Below are positions 25,182 through 37,762 of a stretch of 64,000 nt of DNA, one piece after another (within the stretch, counting starts at the first letter, position 1; the number at the start of each line of letters is the position of its first letter). The notes under the pieces were generated by a model. It worked only from the letters and a program-made list of their open reading frames with translations, was not told the DNA's origin and ran no database searches. Position numbers and translations under genes: made by a program. This DNA is from Octopus vulgaris (Eukaryota), in contig OX597822.1 of the NCBI GenBank assembly GCA_951406725.2, forward strand, positions 76,446,001 through 76,510,000, read 5' to 3'.

Positions 25182-25570
25182 GCACAGGAGTGGCTGTGTG
25201 GCCGGTAGCTTGCTCACCAACCACATGGCTCTGGGTTCAGTCCCATTGCATGGCACCTTGGGCAAGTGTCTTCTACTATAGCATCAGGCCGACCAAAGCT
25301 TTGTGAGTGGATTTGGTAGACAGAAACTGAAAAGAAGCCCATCATATGTGTGTGTGTGTCTTTTTGTGTTTCTGTGTTTTGTCTCCCTATTATTCCTTGA
25401 CAACTAATGTTGGTATGTTTACATCCCCATAACTTAGCATTTCAGCAAAACAGATCAATACTGACCTTAAGAAGAATAAGTCCTGGGGTCAATTTCTTTG
25501 ACTAAAACCCTTTAAGGTGGTGCTCCAGCATGGCCACAGTCAAATGACTGAAACAAGTAATAGAAGAATA
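25182..25570 (+). mobile_element. SINE family A, full length
   Basis: Head and tail as in other copies. Confidence 0.85.
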
Positions 25571-25744
25571 TGTGTATTGAAAACTTTGCACCATTGGTTT
25601 CCTTTGTTTTCTGAATTTAAAATTAATATTTGTGATTGTTGCTTATAAATTTGTTCCTCACTTGACTCCATTCCTTCATAGTTTATTTCATGTTTGCTGA
25701 ATCTGTCTTGAATTTTGGCACACGTCTTGCTGTTCGTAATAATC

Positions 25745-26280
25745 TCATAACACACACACTCACAAACACAGATGCATGCACACAAACAAACATACACATA
25801 AATGCATGCACACTCACACATAATCACACACAAACACACACACAAACACACACAGTTTCATACACAAACACACACACACAAACGCACGAACACACACAAA
25901 CGCATGAACACACACAAATGCATGAACACACACAAACACGTGAACACACACAAACACACACGCACACACACAGACAAACACACAAACACACACAGACACA
26001 CATACACACACAAACACACACACAAACACACACGAATGCATGCACACACACAAACACACTCAGTTACATACACAAACACACACACACAAACGCACGAACA
26101 CACACAAATGCACGAACACACACAAACGCATGAACACACACAAACACGTGAACACACACAAACACACACAAACACACACAGACAAACACACAAACACACA
26201 CATACACACACACAAACACACGCACACAAACACATACACAAACCCACACACAAACACACTCTCTCACACACACACACATG
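25745..26280. repeat. CA-rich minisatellite (18-bp unit, ~208-bp higher-order duplication)
   Basis: ACACACACAAACGCATGA units; blocks starting at ~25853 and ~26061. Confidence 0.8.
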
Positions 26281-26931
26281 CATTGGTACTTCTAACCTTC
26301 AGTGTTTTCTTTATATTTTGGCATTTGGCATTGCAACAGAATCTCTTGATAACTTAACAGATGCTGCTGCCAGCAACGTAGCTCAACCAAATGAAGACAC
26401 CCCTGTCTTCAGTAATGTGTGAATCCTATTCAAAATAATAACAACTGTGGCATTAAATATTGGCAGAGGGCCACAACTTTTAACGTAGCCTGTAGTCAAT
26501 TATATTGACCCCAGCACATGACTGGTTGGGACTTATGTTATTCGTTCAAGATGAGTGAAAATCAAAGCAGACCTTTGTAAATGAAATTTGGAAACAGCTT
26601 GTAAAGAAGATGTAACTTTATATTGATTTTGAAGTTATTGGCCCATGGCCAGCAATTTTGTGGGAGGGGTTAGATTGATAACATTGACCCCAGTACTCAA
26701 CTGGTACTTGTTTTGTCGATGCTGAAAGGATGAAAGACAAAGTCAACCTTGGTGAAATTTGAACTCAGAACAACTCAGCCAGAAAAACGCAGGTGTGGCT
26801 GTGTGGGAAGAAGTTTGCTCCTTAACCATATGGTTCCAGGTTCAGTCCTACTGCATGGCACTCAGGGCTGAAACAAGTAAATGAAATAACTATATATATC
26901 ATCATCATCATCATATCTATGTATATGTATG

Positions 26932-26962
<31 letters not shown>

Positions 26963-26966
<4 letters not shown>

Positions 26967-27638
26967 TCATCATCGTTTAACGTCCGCTTTCCATGGACGA
27001 TTTTGACCGAGGGCTGGTGAACCAGATTGTTGCACCAGCCTCCAATCTTGATTTGGCAGAGTTTCTACAGCTGGATGCCCTTCCTAACACCAACCACTCT
27101 GAGAGTGTAGTGGGTGCATTTTACGTGCCACCAGTACAGGGGCCAGTCAGGCGGTACTGGCAACGACCTCGCTTGAATGGTTTTACACATGCCACCAGCA
27201 CAGGTGCCAGTAAGGCGACATTGGTAATGATCACACTCGAATGGTGCCCTTTTTACGTGCCACTGGCATGGAAGCCAGTTGGCTGCTCTGGCAATGATCA
27301 CACTCGGATGGTGCTCTTGGCACCCTACTAGCACGGGCACAAGTGCCAGTAAGGCGATGCTGGTAATGATCACGCTCGAATGGTACCCTTTAAGTGCCAC
27401 TGACACGGAAGCCGGTTAGCCACTCTGTCAATGATCACGCTCGTATGGTGCTCTTTGCACCTTGCTAGCATGGACGCCAGTCATCGAATTTGATTTAGAT
27501 TTTGCTTTTGATTGATTTGATTTCATTTGCCTCAACAGGTCTTCGCAAGCAGAGTTTTAGTGACCAAAGAAGGAAAAGGTTACAAGGTTACGTACAAGTG
27601 GGCTGGTTACGACCCTGGCATAGGCCATAAGATTATGG

Positions 27639-27640
<2 letters not shown>
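26963..27640 (-). mobile_element. RTE LINE 3' UTR, long copy with internal tandem subrepeats
   Basis: (CAT)n tail, conserved GGATGCCCTTCCTAAC core, ~138-bp duplicated block. Confidence 0.75.
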
Positions 27641-27676
<36 letters not shown>

Positions 27677-27904
27677 CACACATATCAGTTAATCAGTCTG
27701 TTGCTGGTCAGTGTTGTCCTTCGGTAAAGGAATGACTTTGATAGTGCTAGCAATGGTCAGTTGCCATCTGCAACATTGCATGCGAATGCACTTCATTCAA
27801 TGTCAGGATGGAATGAAAAGATTCTTGGTTGTTGGTGCAAAGATTTTTAACTGGAATTACACAACGATGCCATGATTACACTTATTTTGGCTGAGTTCCT
27901 ATTG

Positions 27905-28158
27905 AGTGTTGGACCTCACAGAGGCAATGACCAAGGCCTTTGACATTATGTCGTGCTTGAGAAGAAGAAACATCAAGCTAAGCAAAAATCACAGTTGTGG
28001 CAGATCCTAGAATCACACAAATTGGCACCTGTGCCGGTAGCATGTAAAAGAGATGTGGTGTCACACAAACTGGTACCTGTGCCAGAAGTATGTAAAAGCA
28101 CTGTGGAGTCACACAAATGGCACCCGTGCCGGTGGCATGTAAAAGCACCCATTACACT
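27905..28158 (+). mobile_element. RTE ORF end / 3' UTR fragment
   Basis: TTGGACCTCACAGAGGCAATGACC matches the ORF C-terminus of the 50200-50801 copy. Confidence 0.65.
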
Positions 28159-28371
28159 CTAGACACAATAACGATCATCATTCTATGGTTATTTGTGTGC
28201 AGGGTCAAAGCTGCAAACTTCCATAAGCATCCTCTTCTTGACCTCTTCACCTCTTTCCCAATCACCACAAGAATTGTGAAGGAAGTGTGATGATGGTGGC
28301 GGTGGTGGCAATGGTGCCAGTGTTTTGGTTTGCTGAACAACCTTCACACTTATTAGCGTAGATTGCACTGT

Positions 28372-28708
28372 GAAGGTGCATGCCTCAGTGGTTAGTGTCA
28401 AACTCACAATCATGAAATAGTGAGTTCAATCCACAGACTGGGCTGTGTGTTGTCTTGAGTAAGATGCTTTATTTCTCATTGCCTCAGTTCACTCAGCTGT
28501 AGAAATGAGTTGTGACATAACTGGTGCCAAGCTGTATCATGGCCTTTGCTTTTCTTTTGGATAACATCAGTAGCATGGAGAAGAGATGCTGGTATGCATG
28601 GACAACTGCTGGTCTTCTGCAAACAACATTGGCTGGGCTCATACCTCAGAGGGCAACTTTCTAGCTGCAATCCGATGGTCATTCATGACCAAAGTGGGTC
28701 TTTACTTT
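28372..28708 (+). mobile_element. CORE-like tRNA SINE (third tail type)
   Basis: CAGTGGTTAG A box, GAGTTCAATCC B box, GCCTCAGTTCACTCAGCTGTAGAAATGAG CORE-like segment. Confidence 0.65.
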
Positions 28709-30039
28709 TAGAGATTATACAGAGCCAATTTCACTCTCTCGTCCTTCAAACTTCTATGGTGTGGTACAAGTATCACAATTCCAGCAGCTATTAGGACCCA
28801 GGATTTGTATGGAGTCCCCTTCTCTTAAATGAGCAGCTGAAGTGCCAAAGAGGCAATTCCATGTCATGGCAATTAACTCAAAGCTGGAGCCTGGACAGGT
28901 GCAGACTTGGGGACAACAGTGACTGAGAGGTGGTTCCACACTCCTCAAAATCCCAGAACTTCCAAACCAGGGCTCCATGACTGGATGCAGTTTAGAGTCA
29001 AACTGAAGACTAAATATATAGGCCTACATTATCCAATATGTCTATTCCTTTCCCAGAGTGTAATTTGAGGGAAATTTGGCTGTTCTTTCTAGTGTTTAAG
29101 TTATCTCAAAGAGTCTTCTTGTTTTATTGGTGTATGCAATCATGGTATTTCAGAGTGATTAGGCTGTTATTTCTAGCAGTTTGATTGACTAGATAGAGCC
29201 TCTTTCATATGCTTTTATTCTTTTATTAGTCTCATTCATCTGACTGCGAACATGCTGGAGCACTACCTTGGGGTTTTAGTCAAACACATTGACCCCAGGA
29301 CTTATTTTTTAAGCCTAGTACTTATTCTATCGGTTTCTTTTGCTGAACCACTAAGTTATTTTAGTGCTAAGCTAATTCTTGTTGAACAGGCCTAGGATAA
29401 AAAAAAACATTCCAGCTTTGATCAATTTGCTATTTTTGTGTATTGACGATTACATTGGTTGTGTGTGATTTGTAAGAATTTGGCTGCTATTTCAAGAAAG
29501 TCAAGTGGTGTTTGTTGTTGTTGTTGTTGAATCCCTTCACTGATGCTTTAGTAATCTTGTCTTTTTGTTGAGTAGGAGTATTGGCCCTGCACAAATCTAG
29601 TTTTTCTTCAAGGAAGAGCTGGTCCTTATAAGTCTGACCCGTATCTGTTGACTTGTCCAGCAATTCCTGTTTCCTCACCAGGAATTTGTGCTCTACTGGT
29701 AAAACTCTCAGGGTCTTGGGGGCACTTAAGCCATCACAAGGACTGGACTTTGGATGGGTGGGGCCCTGATCCAGCCGATTTACGATTAAAAACATGCCAA
29801 ATATGACCATCCCATCATTTTTCCTATGTGCAGTATAACATTATTCAACCTGTCATTTTAAGTTGGCAGGATGCGACTTTAATTGGATACATAGCTGTTA
29901 TTTCTAGCAGTTTGAGCAGCCATTTAGAGACACAGCTTGACGCTCCTACATTAGTTTGTGCTGTGATAGTAGACATTTATAGTATTGGTGGTAGTTGCAG
30001 TGGTGTTCAAGGTTGCAGTATTGGTAACAGTAGGAATAG

Positions 30040-30380
30040 TGGTGATGGCTATGATGATGAGGAGAGGAAGAGAAAGAAGAGGAGGAGATGATGATGACGC
30101 TGAGAATGATGGTGATGATGATGTTGACGAAGATGATGGTGATGATGATGATAGTAGTGATGTTGATGATGGTGATGTTGATGAAGATGATGTTCATGAT
30201 GGTGTTAAGGTGGAGGAGATGATGATGATGATGATGATGGTAACACTGGAGAAGAGGATGAGAACGACGACGACGATTATGATGATGCTGACGATGAGAA
30301 TGACGTCAATGATGAGGCTGAAGAGGATCACGATGCTGATGATGAAGATGATGTTCATGATGATGAGAAGGATGATGTAA
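30040..30380. repeat. (GAT)n low-complexity tract
   Basis: Degenerate trinucleotide repeat. Confidence 0.85.
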
Positions 30381-30997
30381 GAGCAGTGGGATGGAAGTGG
30401 ATGGAGGTGGGGGGGGGGCAGGGAATTTATTTGTAGCTGAGTGGTTATGGTGATGGAGATGTAACTGAAGTGTGTGGTGGTGGTGGTCGTGGTGGATCGG
30501 AAGCAAAGTATTCTGTCAGATTCAATCACAGCAGTGATATTGGTCTGTCAGATACAATCTCTGTTATACTACAGTGTATTACAATGTACCGTATTCCGAC
30601 AAACTGGACAGGAGGGTGTGGCTTAGGGGGTGGGGAGAGGAAATGTATTCTGATGTATGTGTTTGAGAAGGTGTGTGGTTATGTGTAAGTACGTGTGTGT
30701 GCGTGTGTAAGTACATGTGTGTAAGTATGTAAGTGTGTGTGAGTGTATGTTTCTGTGTAAGTTCATGTGTGTGTAAGTATGTGTGTATGTGTGTGCACGT
30801 GTGTGTGTGTTTCTGTGTATGTGTAAGTATGTGTGTGTATGCATGTGTATGTAAGTATGTGTGTGTGTGGGGTGGGATGTAAGTATGTGTGTGTGTGAGA
30901 GATGGCAGCAGAGAGAAAGAAATGAAAGATGACGAAGAGAGAGATGGGGAAGATGAAGAAAGACATAAAAGAACAAACGCAAATGTGTACAGGCATG

Positions 30998-31032
<35 letters not shown>

Positions 31033-31125
31033 GTTAAATCAGAAACCTGCCTCAACTGGTGTATTTGTCAATATGAAGATGTTCTAGTACAAGGTAAATG
31101 CAAGCACGTGTATACATAATAATAT

Positions 31126-31302
<177 letters not shown>

Positions 31303-31748
31303 CACATACATTCATATACACACATATATATACATGTATATGTGTGTGTGTGTGTGTATACACGCATTTATATATACATGTATACATACATATACACACA
31401 TATATATACATGTATATGTGTGTGTATACACGTATTTATATATACATGTATACATATATATACACATACATACATATATATACACACACACACATATATA
31501 TAAATATATATACATATATAAACACACACATATATATATACATATACATATATAAACACACACTCATATATATATATATATGTATGTAGTATAAATGTAT
31601 ATGTGTGTATGTATTTGTGTGTGTGTATAGAGTTGACTGGAAGAGAATGTAAGGAATGGGAAACTTGGATTAGTGACAGAGCAAGGCGTCGGCTTCGAAT
31701 GAATGGATAAACTCTGCTTTTTCAGTCTCATTTGTTTATCCGAGCATG

Positions 31749-31786
<38 letters not shown>

Positions 31787-32121
31787 GACACACGTGTATA
31801 TGTATTTAGCTTTTTCTCTCTTCCTCATTCCTTCTGTGTGTGTGTGTGTGTGTGTGTGTGTTCTTGTTTTAGTATGTGTTTTTATACTCATGATACCATG
31901 GCTGCAACTTCTTATGGAAGGGAGGTTGTCTCTAGGCTGTGCATATATTTGTACACAAATCCTTTGACTGTCACAACATCTTAGAAGAATGTACTCTTTC
32001 GAGAATCTGCTTCTATGTATAAATATCATTGATGTCACACAATTCCTTTGTGGAATATTGTCTGGGAAGTATATCTATATAAATATATATATGCATATAT
32101 ATGTGTGTATATATATATATA

Positions 32122-33183
32122 CTAGCTGAAGGTGACCCGCTCTACGCGCGGGTAAGAGTGTGGTTGTTACTTTCTGTTGCTTCCTTTCAGCATGTAAAAA
32201 GCACCATCCGAACGTGGCCGATTGCAGAGCCGCCTTGACTGGCTTCTGTGCCGGTGGCACGTAAAAAGCACCAACCAATCGTTGCCGCTGCGAGCCCCCT
32301 GGCACCTGTGCCGGCGGCACAAAAAGAGCACCCACTACACTCACAGAGTGGTTGGCGTTAGGAAGGTCATCCACCTGTAGAAACACTGACAGATGAGATT
32401 GGAGCCCAGTGCAGCCTCCTGGCTTCCCAGACCCCGGTCAAACTGTCCAACCTGTGCTAGCACGGAAAACGGACGTTAAACGATGATGATGATGATGATT
32501 CTCCCTCTTTGTTTCTCTCTCCTTTCTCTCTCACTTTCCCACTCTCTTACTTTTTCTTTTCTCTCGGACTCTCCCTCGCTTTCTCTTACTCTCTATCTTT
32601 ATCTATCTCTCTCCCATTTATAAACAACAAAAGATCTTGAGTAAGTTGAGAAATAAAATATTTAGAAAGATCAATCATAAATATCAGGCAGTGGCAACGG
32701 AAAGGTCTGCTTCAAGGCAGACAGCAAAACGCTAACATTTAAAAGGTACAGACAAACTTGCGAGCTGAATAAAAATAATAAAATATTGGAAACCAAAGTT
32801 TGAAGGGATAGAATGTGAGGATAGTAGAGTCACCATGGCTGGCATTTCTTAATGACGGACAGCAATGTATTAACAGTTTAATGGCTGGCGTAAAATTTTG
32901 AACTTGATGTAAAAGAAAATTCGTAAACACCAAGTTTTGAAGTGATTCTTTCTCTCGACAGTAGACTCACCATGGCAAGCATTCAAAACTTCTTCATCAT
33001 GGACGGCAACACATTGACGATTAAAAGGCTGGCGCAAATTTTTTAGCTTGATGTAACAGAGAATTCCTAAACACTCGCTCATTTAAATTTTAATCCCCTT
33101 CCAGTCCCATTTAGACCCCTTTTCACATTTTGGTTAATATAACCCGATTTCATTCGGGTCTACTGGTGCCACATTTTATAAGA
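32122..33183 (-). mobile_element. Non-autonomous Helitron
   Basis: Minus strand A|TCTTATAAAA 5' end; 3' hairpin ACCCGCGCGTAGAGCGGGT ~9 nt before CTAG|T; internal ~138-bp tandem repeat; nested RTE 3' end. Confidence 0.75.
32188..32497 (+). mobile_element. RTE 3' end nested in the Helitron
   Basis: GTGGTTGGCGTTAGGAAGG...GGACGTTAAAC(GAT)n. Confidence 0.8.
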
Positions 33184-33389
33184 TGAGGAATTTTGTCCTA
33201 GAGGTGACGCCTTTCATTTGAGGAAAAAAATAGTTGTCATGCAAATTTGCCAGCACTTTTAACATAGGTGTGCATATTTTCAGCTGAACCGACCGAGCAC
33301 ATAATGCACACATTACATATATATATATATATGTGTGTATATATATGTGTGTGTGTGTGTGTGCACGCATTATATATACAAATGTATAC

Positions 33390-33420
<31 letters not shown>

Positions 33421-34035
33421 TAAATTAAATTAGAGATAAAACCACTAATAGGTTAATCAAACAGTGAAAAACCAAAAACAAAAACATAAAAATAAAAATG
33501 TAATATATAAAATATATAAAATATAAAATTGAAAAATTTAAATTATTTAAATTTAAAATAAAAATTATTAAATTATATTTATAATTTGTTTAAAAATATA
33601 TATAACTATCAAAAAGTATTAAAAAGTTTAATATACATAAATACAGATATATATACTTTGTATATATATACATTATATATACATATTTATATATAGAACA
33701 CACACACACACATATAAATGAACGCAAGAAATATCTGATTCATAATATTTGTTCTCATGACTGTGTGTTGTTCGTGGCGATGATAATTCTCTCTATGAAT
33801 GCAGACAGCGAGATAAAGAACGCCGTTTGATGAACTTATAAAGGGAAACTGAAGGGGAGTTAGAGGGGAATGGAGGAAATAGCGTGAGTGAGGAAGACAG
33901 ATACGTAAAAGAATGGGAGTGGACTTGTCAAAGTGGGTTTTTGGCCCTAGCAACGACACCTTTTAAGATAGGGATTTCTAACATAGCCCACGGGCATCGT
34001 CACCTCATTTTACATGTCCCTGTAAACGCATTTCA

Positions 34036-34081
<46 letters not shown>

Positions 34082-34082
34082 A

Positions 34083-34116
<34 letters not shown>

Positions 34117-34149
34117 ATATATGTATGTATGTATATTTATGTATGTATG

Positions 34150-34627
<478 letters not shown>

Positions 34628-34774
34628 TGCATATATATATATATATATATGCATGCATATATATACAGGTAAATCCCAAAAATACGAAGAGCAAACACAA
34701 GAAAAAAACACAACAACGCAAGGATGTGGTACATGCAAAATATCAGCAGGCACTCAGGGAAGGAAAGGCAGGTG

Positions 34775-34809
34775 GTTTCACATTTCAAACAAAGCTCTTC
34801 TTCAGAAAC
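34775..34809 (-). ncRNA. Decayed minimal hammerhead (no helix III) in a ~155-bp insert (34667-34822)
   Basis: Minus strand GTTT-CTGAAGA-A-GAGC TTT GTTT-GAAA-TGTG-AAAC. Confidence 0.5.
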
Positions 34810-34820
34810 AGCAGACAGAA

Positions 34821-34856
<36 letters not shown>

Positions 34857-34857
<1 letters not shown>

Positions 34858-35215
34858 TGAGTGTATTTTTACCTTGTTAACAATTAACACGGAAAAAATA
34901 AATAAATAGTTACCAGAGCAGCAAAAATCTCACAAGTAAAGGTGTTGTAACTTCTTGTTTATAAAGGTAGAAACTTCGTATTTACGTTGAATATTTTGAA
35001 TAATATATGAATAAATAAATGGTGTTTAACGCAGGTGTAATCATTTTTTTGCTAAAATGTCTTATTGACGAGTTTTGTTTTTTTCACTTTCCTGAGGAGA
35101 AGATTGCATTGTTTATACCATTTATTCTTTTGAATAGTATCAGTGGAATTTTCGAAACATGTGTCGAAAGTAAAAATATTTGATTACACCTGCGTTAAAC
35201 TCCATTTATTTATTC

Positions 35216-35221
<6 letters not shown>
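34857..35221. mobile_element. Head-to-head fold-back pLTR-like element in (TA)n
   Basis: Inverted ~40-bp repeats ~35003-35043 / ~35181-35221; homologous to 63379-63753. Confidence 0.75.
35086..35171 (+). ncRNA. Intact type I hammerhead ribozyme
   Basis: ACTTTC-CTGAGGA-[GAAGATTGCATTG/CAGTGGAATTTTC]-GAAAC-ATGT-GTC^GAAAGT; all core nucleotides present. Confidence 0.85.
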
Positions 35222-35261
<40 letters not shown>

Positions 35262-35303
35262 ATGTATGTATGTATATATGTATGTATGTATATATGTATG
35301 TAA

Positions 35304-35700
35304 GCGCACGAGTGGCTGTGTGGTATGTAGCTTACTTACCAACCACATGGTTCCAGACTCAATCCCACTTTGTGGCACCTCAGGTGAGTGTCTTCTACTA
35401 TTGCCTCGGGCCGACCAAAGCCTTGTTAGTGTATTTGGTAGACGGAAACTGAAAGAAGCTCGTCGTATATAAATTTATATATGTGTGTGTGTGTTTATGT
35501 GTTTGTCCCCCCCTAACATCACATGGCACACCGATGCTGGTGTGTTCACGCCCCAGTAACTTAGTGGTTTGGCAAAAGAGACCAATAGAATAAGTATTAG
35601 GCTTCCAAAGAATAAGTCTTGGGGTCGATTTCTTGACTAAAGACGGTGCTCCAGCATGGCTGCAGTCAAATGACTGAAACAAATAAAAGAATAAAAGAAT
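35304..35700 (+). mobile_element. SINE family A, full length
   Basis: Head and tail as in other copies. Confidence 0.85.
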
Positions 35701-36282
35701 AGGTATACATATGTATATATATGTTTATAAATTCTGTATATATGTATGTATACATATATGTATATATGTGTGTGTGTGTATATATATGTGTGTGTATGTA
35801 TGTATTTGTGTGTTTGCCAGGTGTGTCTTGCCTTGGATGTATGCGCCTGTACATGTGGCTGTGATATCACACTAATAAAACACTTTGGAATATTGTTTGT
35901 CTTGGCATGGCTGGTGTTTGCTTGTCTATATTCCCTCATAACTTAGTGGCTCGGCAAAGGAGATTAACAGAATAATTACCATGTGTTAAAAATTAAGTAC
36001 TGGGTTTGATTTGCTTCATTAACTCCTTCAACACCATGCTCCAGCATGGTCACAATCCAATGATAAAAGCATGTAAATGAATGATTCAACACTGTTTTTT
36101 ATAATGAAACGGCTGTAGAAAATAAGGATAGATGTACAAGCAGAAGTGGGACAACTGTGTGGATTTAATTTATAAGTAAAGTACGAACTCAAGTTTTTGA
36201 ATTCAAATCTGCTTCAGTTGTTATTGTAATTTGTATACACAAAGTAGACCATTTAATTCCATTATTATTTTCTTTCATAATG

Positions 36283-36500
36283 CTGCAAGCTGGCAGAATG
36301 GTTACTGCACCTGGCAAAACGTTTAGCAGCATTTTGTCTGTCTCTATCTTCTGAATTCAAATTCCACTGAGGTCGACTTTACCTTTCTTCCTTTCAGGGT
36401 TCATAAAATAAGTACCATTTGATCTTTGGGATCGATATAATTAAGTTATCCCCTTTAAACTTGCTGGCCTTGTGCCAAAATTTGAAATCATTATTATTTT
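36283..36500 (+). mobile_element. SINE family C
   Basis: AGCTGGCAGAATGGTTA head, GAATTCAAATTCC, CCTTTCAGGGTTCATAAAATAAGTACC. Confidence 0.7.
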
Positions 36501-36544
36501 CTTTCATCAATTGTGTTCAATTAGTTGTTGGCAATAATTTGAAC

Positions 36545-37257
36545 ATTGGGCCACACAGAGGCAATATCGAAAGACCGAGACCTCTGGAGATGTGCTATGA
36601 TTGAGAAAACCCAGCAAGTAAAGTGAGATCACAGCCATAGCCTACACCAGTGTTGCATAACCAGCCCATTTAAAAATACCTTTCAATTGTCGGGTGATGT
36701 GTTGTGCTTAAGGAGACCTATGGAGTCAAGTAAAATCAAAATCAAATCACAATCAAATGGAAATTGTAGTTGTGGCTGATGCCAATGCCACCTGACTGGC
36801 TCCTGTGCTGGTGGCATGTAATAAGCACCATTCATGCGTGGGTCGTTGCTAGTGCCACCTGAATGGCCTCCCATGATAGTGGCACACAGTAAGCACCATG
36901 CATGCATGGGTCATAGCCAGCTCCACCTGACTATCTCCTCGTGCCGGTGGCACGTAAAAACCACCATCCAAACGTGGTTGATGCCATCCCTGACTGGCTC
37001 CTGTGCTGGTAGCACATAACAAGCACTATCCAAGCATGGCCAATGCCAGTGCTGCCTGACTGGCTCCCATGTCAGTGGAACATAAAAAGTACCCACTACA
37101 CTCTTGGAGTGGTTGGCGTTAGGAAGGACATCCAGCTGTAGAAACATTGCCAGATCAGATTGGATCTTGGTGCAGCCTCCTGGCTTGCCAGTCCCCAGTC
37201 AAACCGTCCAACCCATGTCAGCTTGGAAAACAGATGTTAACCAATGATGATGATGAT
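36545..37257 (+). mobile_element. RTE ORF end + full 3' UTR
   Basis: TTGGGCCACACAGAGGCAAT start, tandem subrepeats, (GAT)n tail. Confidence 0.8.
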
Positions 37258-37344
37258 TTGTAGTTTCTAGTTACAACTCTATACATTTTGATTTGAATCT
37301 TGTTGAAATCAACTTTTCTTTTTGTCCCACTGTGCTTTGTAAAA

Positions 37345-37762
37345 AACACTTGTGGCTGGTACCACATTATAAAGCACCCATGCTGGTGCCACATATAAAG
37401 CATTGGAGCTGGTTTCACTTAAACAGTACCCAGTCCACTCTGTGAAGTGGTTGGTATTAGGAAGGGCAACATGCAGCCATAGAAACCATATCAAAACAGA
37501 CAATTGGAGCCTGGTGCAGCCCTCCAGCTTGCTTACTCCTGTCAGACCATCCAAGCCATGCCAGCTTGGAACACAGACGTAAATGATTATGAGGATGATG
37601 ATGACAGCTAATGAAGTAAAATACCAGTCAAGTACTCATACCAGCATCATCATCATTTAACGTCTGTTTTCCATGCTGGCATGGGTTGGACGGTTTGACT
37701 GAGGACTGGCATGCCAAGAGGCTGCACCAGGCTCCCATCTGATCTGGTACTGTTTCTATAGC
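37345..37762. mobile_element. Two RTE 3' ends tail-to-tail
   Basis: + copy 37345-37605, - copy 37643-37762. Confidence 0.65.

Noticed and set aside
27207-27461. Repeat-spacer-like pattern resembling CRISPR
   Set aside because: Eukaryotic context; units are tandem subrepeats within the RTE 3' UTR without unique spacers
29985-30380. Asp/Met-rich acidic ORF
   Set aside because: (GAT)n low-complexity tract
33687-34040. Possible GIY-YIG C-terminus (SHENKYY on minus strand)
   Set aside because: Only a few residues resemble the CRHxNK motif; insufficient support
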